Source of the DNA: a virus
Taxonomy: Duplodnaviria > Caudoviricetes
IMG/VR virus record: IMGVR_UViG_3300020045_001881
Span: 1-31,131 of that record
Strand: one strand, 5' to 3'
Length of the DNA: 31,131 bases
Shown: piece by piece, positions 24,303-31,131 of the stretch
Numbering within the stretch: position 1 is the first letter of the stretch
Layout: each line of letters begins with the position of its first letter
Position numbers and translations under genes: made by a program
Notes under the pieces: generated by a model
What the model saw: only the letters and a program-made list of their open reading frames with translations
Databases searched by the model: none
Told to the model about the DNA's origin: nothing

Positions 24303-24680
24303 TCAGTTTCCCAGGCGCCCCTCGGTACAGGCAACGCCGTAAGCAGCGGTCATGGCGGCAGCAGCGGCGGGAGCCTGGTTGTGCAGTGCAACGAGGTTTT
24401 CAGGCGTGACTGGTTCCGCCAAATCCCACGCAACAATGAACTTGGCCAAGTGTTCCGCCGTCTTCTCGCCGCCACGCTTGAACAGCGCAACAAAGTCGTG
24501 CGCGTCGTCAATTGGCTTTGCGTCGCCGGCATAGAGTTCGTCCATAAACTCGGCGAATTCGATGCGAGTGCGGTATTTGCACGTCAACGTCAATTGATCT
24601 TCGCCGCCTTGCGGTAGCTCGAATTTGACGGCGAACGGCTTGAAGGTTTCGGGGGTTTTGCCGAGGATGAGTTTGGCCAT
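24303..24680 (-). CDS. Tail assembly chaperone G
   Basis: Between major tail and tape measure genes; ends RLGN* on G GGA AAC TGA. Confidence 0.85.
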   Translation of the reverse strand: MAKLILGKTPETFKPFAVKFELPQGGEDQLTLTCKYRTRIEFAEFMDELYAGDAKPIDDAHDFVALFKRGGEKTAEHLAKFIVAWDLAEPVTPENLVALHNQAPAAAAAMTAAYGVACTEGRLGN

Positions 24681-24780
24681 TTGATAATTTCCGGTTTGCG
24701 GGATTTAGGAAAATGCCCGTGCCCAGCCCACCGAATCCCGCAAAGGAAACGAATGGGCCAGGCCGGTACAACTGGGGTGA

Positions 24781-25431
24781 TTAAGACGAGTAGCGCACCG
24801 GCTCAGCCAGCAGCGACAAGGTGACTTCAACGGCCATCAGTTCATTGACGGACATGCTCGGAGTCTTGTTTAATGAAATGTATGCGTTGTAGAACAGCAA
24901 CGAGCCATCAGGCAGAGTGATGCGAACGGCGCGGCACAAGCGGTCATCGTTGGCGGTGGACGCCAGGATGTAGCCGGCCAGCGTGGGATCGTCGGCAACG
25001 GATAGCGTCAGGCCGGCGGCATTCTTGAAGGTAGGAATGCGCTTTTGTGCATCGCCTTCAAGCAGTTGATATTCAAGGAACTGTTGCTCACCGCCGCTTG
25101 AGCTGGATTGCAGAATCTGCGTCAACTGCGTCCAGCCGCTGATTTCACGCACCGAGCCCGTGCCGCTTGCCGCCGGATAGATGGTGGTGCTGGTGGTAAC
25201 GATGTCGTCAAGCGTCACGTCATTGGTTGAAACAGCGCTGACGCGAACAATCTTGTCGGTCAGGCGCGACCAGCCGGAAGTGATTTCAAGGATGTCGCCA
25301 ACGATGACGCCGTGAGACGCCTCAAGGGTGGCAACGGCCTCGGCGGCGTTGGAGATGGCGGACATGGTTTTCGACGCGCCATAGCCAGACGCGATGTGGA
25401 TCAAAGACCCGTTAGGTAGGCGCACTGCCAT
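24781..25431 (-). CDS. Major tail (tube) protein
   Basis: AAGGA RBS; LPNGS...SGWSRL...SSSGGEQQF...DDP motifs. Confidence 0.88.
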   Translation of the reverse strand: MAVRLPNGSLIHIASGYGASKTMSAISNAAEAVATLEASHGVIVGDILEITSGWSRLTDKIVRVSAVSTNDVTLDDIVTTSTTIYPAASGTGSVREISGWTQLTQILQSSSSGGEQQFLEYQLLEGDAQKRIPTFKNAAGLTLSVADDPTLAGYILASTANDDRLCRAVRITLPDGSLLFYNAYISLNKTPSMSVNELMAVEVTLSLLAEPVRYSS

Positions 25432-25455
25432 GATGATTTCCTTTTTGAATGGACG

Positions 25456-25477
25456 AAAAAAAACCGCATTGCTGCGG
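25456..25477 (-). terminator. Rho-independent terminator-like hairpin
   Basis: CCGCA-GCAA-TGCGG followed by T8 on the minus strand. Confidence 0.5.
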
Positions 25478-25501
25478 CGGGTTACGCCCAAACGGGCATA
25501 G

Positions 25502-25534
25502 AAAAAGCCGCCGTGTATTGCTACGCGGCGGCTT
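25502..25534 (-). terminator. Rho-independent terminator-like hairpin
   Basis: GCCGCCGCGTA-GCAA-TACACGGCGGC followed by T5 on the minus strand. Confidence 0.6.
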
Positions 25535-25566
25535 GCCTGGTTAGCCTTTCGGCTTGAATTTGTTGC

Positions 25567-25923
25567 TTATCTAGTCGAAAAAACAGTGAAGTCCTGCATG
25601 GCGCCATACAGGCCCATGTCGTGGTCGTAATCGCTGCTTGGCGCACTCACAGGCCGCGCCTGAAACGCGGTTGCCGTGACAAGAGCGGATTCAATTTGCA
25701 ATATCAATGAGCTGCATGACGCGCGGGTATCGCCCCACACGTTGAATTGGAATCGGCCATTCTTTTTTGATGGCACGGTGTTTTCAACAAACGACAATGA
25801 CTCGCCACCGATCTGCGAATAGGTGATGAACGGGCGTGTCGTTGCCTGCGGCGCAAAGTCGGGATAGGCGCGGTTGCTGACCAGCCCCTTGATGGCATCA
25901 AATAAATCCACCTCAATCGTCAC
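25567..25923 (-). CDS. Tail terminator protein (DUF3168-like)
   Basis: YPDFAP...PFITYSQIGG...RFQFNVW; synteny. Confidence 0.82.
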   Translation of the reverse strand: MTIEVDLFDAIKGLVSNRAYPDFAPQATTRPFITYSQIGGESLSFVENTVPSKKNGRFQFNVWGDTRASCSSLILQIESALVTATAFQARPVSAPSSDYDHDMGLYGAMQDFTVFSTR

Positions 25924-26513
25924 GATGTTTTCTCTTTGACAAGTTGAAGAAATCTGTCTTTTGCGGCTTTGGCGGCCTCGGCCCTTTTGGCCTCATAGCT
26001 GGAGCGCAAAAACGACTTTGGCAGCCAGAAAACAGGCCCGCCTTTGCGTGGCATCCAGTAGGCGTCTTTTTGCGCCTGCGATGCGTTGCGCCCTGGTGGC
26101 TTGCCTTTTGCGCCGGGGCGCTTCACTGTGTACCACTCGCCATCTTTTCCGGTGCGCACCATGTAACGCTGCATGCGCCCGAACTCGATCCAGAACCCAA
26201 TCGTGCTGTACGGCAGGCCTGCGTCGGGGTTCTTCTCGCCCTTGACGTTGGTTTTTGCGCGCTGTTTTCGCCAGCTAATGTGATACGTTGCGCTGTCTCC
26301 GGTAGTTCCTTTGGCGCTATCCACTACAAACTTCTGATAGATAGACGCCTGCAATCTGCGCGATCCACCAACCGTCAAGGCGCGTGTTCTGACCTCGTTG
26401 TAAAACACGTCCGACCCGGCAAAAGCAGCGGGCCGGATGGATTCCTTGATGGCTTGCTCCAGGTTTGCAACTTTTGCCAGCACGGGGCCAAGGTCAAGAT
26501 CAAACTTCAGCAT
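25920..26513 (-). CDS. HK97 gp10-like tail completion protein
   Basis: WIEFG and SFLRSSYE motifs; synteny. Confidence 0.75.
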   Translation of the reverse strand: MLKFDLDLGPVLAKVANLEQAIKESIRPAAFAGSDVFYNEVRTRALTVGGSRRLQASIYQKFVVDSAKGTTGDSATYHISWRKQRAKTNVKGEKNPDAGLPYSTIGFWIEFGRMQRYMVRTGKDGEWYTVKRPGAKGKPPGRNASQAQKDAYWMPRKGGPVFWLPKSFLRSSYEAKRAEAAKAAKDRFLQLVKEKTS

Positions 26514-26823
26514 TGATGACCTGACAAATCAAATCCAAATGGATGTTTCGTTCGTCCGGCAAAACAGCTTTAATGTCATAAGCCGTTGATCCATGCAAAA
26601 CACGCATGCCGGCGTGGACGCCACTCAGGCGCAATATCCGAATCGACGCCTTGACCGCGCTCATGTCCATGCCGGCTTTGATGGCGCTGATTCCGCTTGG
26701 GTGCTTTATGCCGGCCCAGACGGTGGCGAACGTAGGCCATGAATTCACCATCTGGCCGTCGCTTGCCTGCGCGGCGCCTGGCGACTGGATGATGACGCGC
26801 TTGTCACGCTTGCCGGCACTCAT
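26500..26823 (-). CDS. Head-tail adaptor/head closure protein
   Basis: AGKRDKRVIIQ...WPTFATVWA...GMRV...YDIKAV. Confidence 0.85.
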   Translation of the reverse strand: MSAGKRDKRVIIQSPGAAQASDGQMVNSWPTFATVWAGIKHPSGISAIKAGMDMSAVKASIRILRLSGVHAGMRVLHGSTAYDIKAVLPDERNIHLDLICQVINAEV

Positions 26824-27627
26824 TCAAACACCCCAGACCTTATGCGAACTCAGTAGGGCAGAAACACCCATCGGGAGTTCATGCGCCTGGTAATCGCTGG
26901 TGTGCTCGCGATTCTTGAACCATTCTCCAATCATCAAAAGCATGGCTTGACGCATCGCGTGCCATGCGGAGTCGTCTGGGCCGCCAGCATAGTGCGTGCC
27001 AGTTCCGGCGCCTGTAATGTCCACTGCCGCGCCGCCTTCTGTCAGAGACACTTGCAAAGTGTTGCCGCTAACGCCAACGGCGTAATAGCTTGTTTGATCC
27101 AGCCCAGCGGGCAGTGCGCCGCCAGAATTGTGCAGGCGCACGATGTCGCCATTTGCGAACGGGTGCCCGGTGGCTGTCAGCACGTTAGTGGTTGCATTGG
27201 CCGTGAACGGCGTTGCGCAGCCTGCCACAAAATCCACCGTGACGGCTGCCGGGTGGCTGTAGGTGGCAGGCCACACACCGGCATACGATTGGCCGACGAT
27301 GCCTGGCAGCTCTGACAAATCAGCCGTGTATTCGGTCGTGGCCAGTGTTTGCGATGCATTGGCCGCGTCCAGGTATGTGATGGCCGTTACCTTGCGCAGC
27401 GGCGCTTTCAAATCAATCCGATCAGGCCAGCAAGCGAAAGTTGAGCGCAGGCTTTGCGTAATCATGGCGCGATTCGTCACGCTCTCGGCATGGGCGCGCG
27501 CAACCGCGATCAATGCGGTAATGGTCGCATCGTCATCGGCGCCATCGACCCTGCAATGTGCTTTGGCCTCCGTCAAGCTGATGGGCTCAGCACCAGGCCC
27601 GATGCGGATAACGACGTTGCCTTGCAT
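26824..27627 (-). CDS. Head-tail connector (gp6-like) with an inserted beta domain
   Basis: EPISLTEAKAHCRVD N-terminus; QAMLLMIGEWFKNRE C-terminus. Confidence 0.85.
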   Translation of the reverse strand: MQGNVVIRIGPGAEPISLTEAKAHCRVDGADDDATITALIAVARAHAESVTNRAMITQSLRSTFACWPDRIDLKAPLRKVTAITYLDAANASQTLATTEYTADLSELPGIVGQSYAGVWPATYSHPAAVTVDFVAGCATPFTANATTNVLTATGHPFANGDIVRLHNSGGALPAGLDQTSYYAVGVSGNTLQVSLTEGGAAVDITGAGTGTHYAGGPDDSAWHAMRQAMLLMIGEWFKNREHTSDYQAHELPMGVSALLSSHKVWGV

Positions 27628-27911
27628 TACTTGGCCTTGCGGTTATAGGCGCGCTTGAGCATCTTGTTCTCGGGCGCGGCGTCAATTGCTTTTTCTTCGG
27701 ACGTAAAAAAACCAGCCGAAGCTGGTTCTATTTGCGTTGGCGTGACTGGATCGGGTGGCGACTCAATGGCAAAGCGCGCATTTACCAACGCCTGGGCCAG
27801 ATCACGCGCGCCCGCCGAATTTCCAAGCTCGTATTCAACGCCCGCCTCATAGGTCGTTACGCGGATGCCGTCCAGCGATCCGGGGACGGTTTTGAGCATT
27901 TTGATTTTCAT
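27627..27911 (-). CDS. Small head-region protein
   Basis: MKIKML...DG...YEAG and APENKM motifs seen in genes before gp6. Confidence 0.65.
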   Translation of the reverse strand: MKIKMLKTVPGSLDGIRVTTYEAGVEYELGNSAGARDLAQALVNARFAIESPPDPVTPTQIEPASAGFFTSEEKAIDAAPENKMLKRAYNRKAK

Positions 27912-27920
27912 GATTTGGTG

Positions 27921-28217
27921 CTATCTGTAAAGGTGCTCTTGCTGTAACCACGCTTTTTCGCAGTGGTCGCTCTGCCAGGGCGATGCCAGCAAGTCAATCA
28001 GCGTCGCAAACACCCTGCCCTGCCACTTGCCAGACTGGTGCAGCGACCACGCGGCAGCGCTGATCGTCTCGCCAGGGCGGGAGCGCCCGAAGGTGCCGGC
28101 CCACAGCAGCTTGATGTCAAGCCAGAGCAAGAACCTGAAAATCATGACAGTCCTATCAATTGTGGTTGGGGCGCAGTTGCACAGCCGGCCCTGGTTGCAG
28201 CGCTGGCTACAGCTCAT
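27921..28217 (-). CDS. Conserved phage hypothetical protein (start 28217 or 28145)
   Basis: G.PGETISA...IDLL...DHC motif; optional CSQRCNQGRLCNC leader. Confidence 0.6.
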   Translation of the reverse strand: MSCSQRCNQGRLCNCAPTTIDRTVMIFRFLLWLDIKLLWAGTFGRSRPGETISAAAWSLHQSGKWQGRVFATLIDLLASPWQSDHCEKAWLQQEHLYR

Positions 28218-28611
28218 CGCGCACCATTTGCAGCCCCAGCCGCGACATCGCAGCAAAAGGCTCCTGATCGCTCACGTCAACCTGCGCCATGATGGCTTCG
28301 ATTGCAGACTCAGGCGGCGGTGTCAGCTTGTGCTCTTTGGCCAGCGCGGTGAAGGCTTTTGGGTCTGCTGGCGTGTCGGCAATCACAGCCTCGCCCTTGT
28401 CGTTAGCCGTGATGCGTTTGAGCGGCATGATGCCAGCGAACTCGGTGCCGATATGGCCAGTGCTGACCCAGTGAGTCGGCGGCCCATCACCCGTTGGCGA
28501 TAGCGGGGTTGAAAACATATTGCTTGCTGCTGGGCCGAATGCGTCGGCCAATGCCCGGACTGTACTGACGATTGAATCAGGCACGATCATTGTGCGAAAT
28601 GCGTTTGTCAT
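28207..28611 (-). CDS. Hypothetical protein
   Basis: MFSTPLSPTG..P.THWVSTG; coupled overlaps with neighbours. Confidence 0.65.
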   Translation of the reverse strand: MTNAFRTMIVPDSIVSTVRALADAFGPAASNMFSTPLSPTGDGPPTHWVSTGHIGTEFAGIMPLKRITANDKGEAVIADTPADPKAFTALAKEHKLTPPPESAIEAIMAQVDVSDQEPFAAMSRLGLQMVRDEL

Positions 28612-29117
28612 AGCGCCACCCCTTTAAACGCGCCCATATAAACCGCCCGTGCTGCGTCTGCCGCTGCCGCCGCATCTTCCAACCTCTTGTGATAACTGCA
28701 ATGAACTTTTTTCTTGCTTTTATAGACTCTGGCAATCCACAGATTGTCTTTCTTTGACCAATAGACGCCGCGATGTCCGCTGGTATTGCGCGAATCCATT
28801 TTTACACGGTGACACCCATTTTCAGACTGTGTCGCCAATCGAAGGTTTGACGGCCTGCGGTCGCTGGTGTCGCCATTCCTATGGTCCACCTTGAACCCAA
28901 TTGGGTCTACGCCTGTCGCCATAAAGTAAATTACCCTGTGCACAAGATACAAGCTGCGCATGACATTGACGCTTGGATACGCGCTAGTTTTTCCTCCAGC
29001 GACACTCCCGGCAAGCTCGCCGCCACTAGAGAGTTTTCTAATTAGTTTTCCTGACGCCGCATCTAGCGTGAACATTTCACGAAGCATTTCAATGGGAGGC
29101 ATCGGTTTGTATTTCAT
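28608..29117 (-). CDS. HNH endonuclease with C-terminal AP2-like domain
   Basis: HRVIY...VDHRNGD...NLRLAT.SEN followed by NTSGHRGVYW. Confidence 0.88.
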   Translation of the reverse strand: MKYKPMPPIEMLREMFTLDAASGKLIRKLSSGGELAGSVAGGKTSAYPSVNVMRSLYLVHRVIYFMATGVDPIGFKVDHRNGDTSDRRPSNLRLATQSENGCHRVKMDSRNTSGHRGVYWSKKDNLWIARVYKSKKKVHCSYHKRLEDAAAAADAARAVYMGAFKGVAL

Positions 29118-30463
29118 AGCGTCACTCCAGTCTTGCCATTTACCCAGCGTTCACCCGCTGCAATTTGGCTTGGTGTTGATGCCGCGCCACGAATTATCAG
29201 GCTGTAAAGGTTGCCGTTGAAGTAACTGCTGGTGCCTGCGCGTGCGCCGACGTAGAGTGTTTGAGCAGTGAAGTTGCCGGTGCCTGCGGTAGTACCTGCG
29301 AATGTTTGAGCGCTGGGTGCGGCCCCATTCACACGATATACGAACTCTGCGCCCTGCGTAGCTCCGGCAATATCGTATGCAGCGACCACAACATCAGTAG
29401 ACGGGGCGGTATAGGTGCGGCCCGCACTTGTTGTTCCCACCGTCGATCCACTAAGCGCCCCACCATAGGATAGTCTGTTGCCCCCTCCTGCCACGACGCC
29501 GACGCCTACACCAAATGTTCCTGCAGTCCCGTCAGGAAATCCACTTGTTTCCGCTATTGCCGCAAACGCAGCATCACTCAGCTTCCTAACCCCCGCCCAC
29601 ACTGTCATCTTGTCCGTTGCGCTGAAATCTACAGTGGCAGCGGTGGCAAGGGCGTCATCTACGCCGTCGAATTTAAGATAACGCTTAAAGCCTACAGTAT
29701 CGTAGTCCGTGGCAGCGTTGATGCGCTGGTAGCGGGTGGCGGTGGAGCCGGTTTCTATCTGACAACGTGTTGCCGTAACAGATAGTGGCGTTGTATACAC
29801 ATACGATGCCAGTGCGTTTGACGTAGATACATAAATAGCAAAACCGCCCGCTGCTGTTGTTGTCCCACACGTTGCTGTAACAGTCACTATCCATCCGGCG
29901 CCGTCCGCTGTTGCGGTAGCAGTAGCGCCGCCATAGGGCGTTCCGAGTGTGCCCGTTGTTAAATCTATCGAGCACCCCCTTGCGGTGTCATCGTTGTAAT
30001 GTATGCCCGCAAATAAGGCGGTCCCTTTTTCAAGCCTACATCGCAGCACATAGACCGTACCTGCCGTTAGCGACACGCTTACATTTTGTGTGAAGTGAAA
30101 ACCAGTACCCGCAGTATCTGTAATAACGCCTTCCGCCGTAACTGTTACAAGTGACTTGTTCCAAGCCGCATTACTAAAATCCTCGCTGTAAGTCAGCAGA
30201 TTAACCCGCGCACTCAGCGTAGGCCGCTTACTCGCGGTCGCTTGGATGAGATGGTTGCCGCGCCCGCTCTTGTCCAAGACTTTGCCCACAGGCTGCTCAA
30301 CCGCAGTAACTGGCGTAGTGCCTGCGCTGTCTTGGAATAGCGTTGTCAGGTCTGAAAAATCATAGTAACAACCCTGTTCACCAGCCCTAAACAAGTTCAT
30401 TATTCGTTGCAGAAGCGTTGGCTGCAACAAGATCACCTTCATCACGCTTCTGGCTAACGACAT
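29114..30463 (-). CDS. Virion decoration/fibre protein with LamG-like domain
   Basis: LFQDSAGTTPVTA...DKSGRGNH, NLLTYSEDFSNAAW, LKFDGVDD; Thr/Gly/Ala-rich. Confidence 0.65.
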   Translation of the reverse strand: MSLARSVMKVILLQPTLLQRIMNLFRAGEQGCYYDFSDLTTLFQDSAGTTPVTAVEQPVGKVLDKSGRGNHLIQATASKRPTLSARVNLLTYSEDFSNAAWNKSLVTVTAEGVITDTAGTGFHFTQNVSVSLTAGTVYVLRCRLEKGTALFAGIHYNDDTARGCSIDLTTGTLGTPYGGATATATADGAGWIVTVTATCGTTTAAGGFAIYVSTSNALASYVYTTPLSVTATRCQIETGSTATRYQRINAATDYDTVGFKRYLKFDGVDDALATAATVDFSATDKMTVWAGVRKLSDAAFAAIAETSGFPDGTAGTFGVGVGVVAGGGNRLSYGGALSGSTVGTTSAGRTYTAPSTDVVVAAYDIAGATQGAEFVYRVNGAAPSAQTFAGTTAGTGNFTAQTLYVGARAGTSSYFNGNLYSLIIRGAASTPSQIAAGERWVNGKTGVTL

Positions 30464-31131
30464 GCTGCCTCCATCTTTGCAAGACGGTACTTATCCCACC
30501 GATTTTTATTTGCCACGCGAAGGGCTGCTAAACGGCGAGCCTCGGATTCCGGATCTCTCGCTTTCGCACCAGCGGACATGTTTTCGCGCTGTTCCGCAGT
30601 TTTAGGCTTGCCCTTAAACCGTTCACTCACAGCCTGCTTCAAAGCGTCAGAGTGCGACCACCCGCTGCGTTTTGCGGCGTAATCCTCTTTTTCCTGGTCA
30701 GACATTGCGAGCCACCTAAGTCTCAGGCTGTCCGCTACTCGCTGCGCTGATTCTTGGCTAACAATTCGCCCCGTGTTTGCGCGAGATATCTTGGCCTTTG
30801 TCTCGTCAGAGTGCGTCTTGCCAGTATTTGCAGCACGTATTTTCTCGATAGCTTCCGGTGTAGGCTTGCGGCCACGCGCCAAATCAGACAGTCTGGCGCG
30901 CATTGCCGCGTCCATCACTCGCCCGCGTTGGCCAGCCGGCATGAGGTTGTACCCTTTGTCTGGGTTTCGGCAGTCGTACTCCTTCATCCAGAACATCTCG
31001 CGCGCATCAAGGAGTTCCGGGCGGCACTCTTCCAGCACTTCGCAGGCAAAGGAATCGACGCCGTAGAGCCTCATGGCATCATATAAGTGCGACTTGTCGC
31101 CCCTACGCGCCGACTTCCTGTGCTCATAGCT
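30454..31131 (-). CDS. GIY-YIG endonuclease with NUMOD3-like repeats (5' partial)
   Basis: Frame open to the window edge; EH...LYDAMRLYG...EVLE...RE..W...GYN; HSDETKAKIS-type repeats. Confidence 0.82.
   Translation of the reverse strand, partial: SYEHRKSARRGDKSHLYDAMRLYGVDSFACEVLEECRPELLDAREMFWMKEYDCRNPDKGYNLMPAGQRGRVMDAAMRARLSDLARGRKPTPEAIEKIRAANTGKTHSDETKAKISRANTGRIVSQESAQRVADSLRLRWLAMSDQEKEDYAAKRSGWSHSDALKQAVSERFKGKPKTAEQRENMSAGAKARDPESEARRLAALRVANKNRWDKYRLAKMEAACR

Noticed and set aside
13007-30000. Many alternative-frame and plus-strand ORFs over the structural genes
   Set aside because: Expected shadow ORFs of GC-rich coding DNA; no motifs or translational coupling.
1-31131. tRNA or rRNA genes
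   Set aside because: No cloverleaf or rRNA-like sequence recognised by eye; tRNAscan-SE would confirm.

Overview
GC-rich DNA from a temperate, lambda/HK97-like siphophage, probably with a betaproteobacterial host (inference). No host genes are visible. The left part (+ strand, 1-7034) is an early operon: a recombination exonuclease, many small accessory genes, an AlpA-type excisionase and a C5 DNA methyltransferase split over two overlapping reading frames. A P4-type tyrosine integrase follows on the - strand, next to an apparently intact attP (arm repeats and two IHF sites). A second small + strand operon (8681-10798) converges on the - strand late region: spanins, endolysin, holins, tail fibre, tail tip, a BNR/sialidase-like protein, Dit, tape measure, frameshifted chaperones, major tail protein, neck genes, a LamG-like protein and two homing endonucleases. 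The main unexplained structure is seven integron attC-like sites in two tandem arrays (2917-4022 and 8605-10034). Each site delimits a single-ORF cassette with complementary ends, there is no IntI in the window, and every cassette ORF is antisense to the canonical attC orientation. All calls come from motif recognition by eye; no database search was run.
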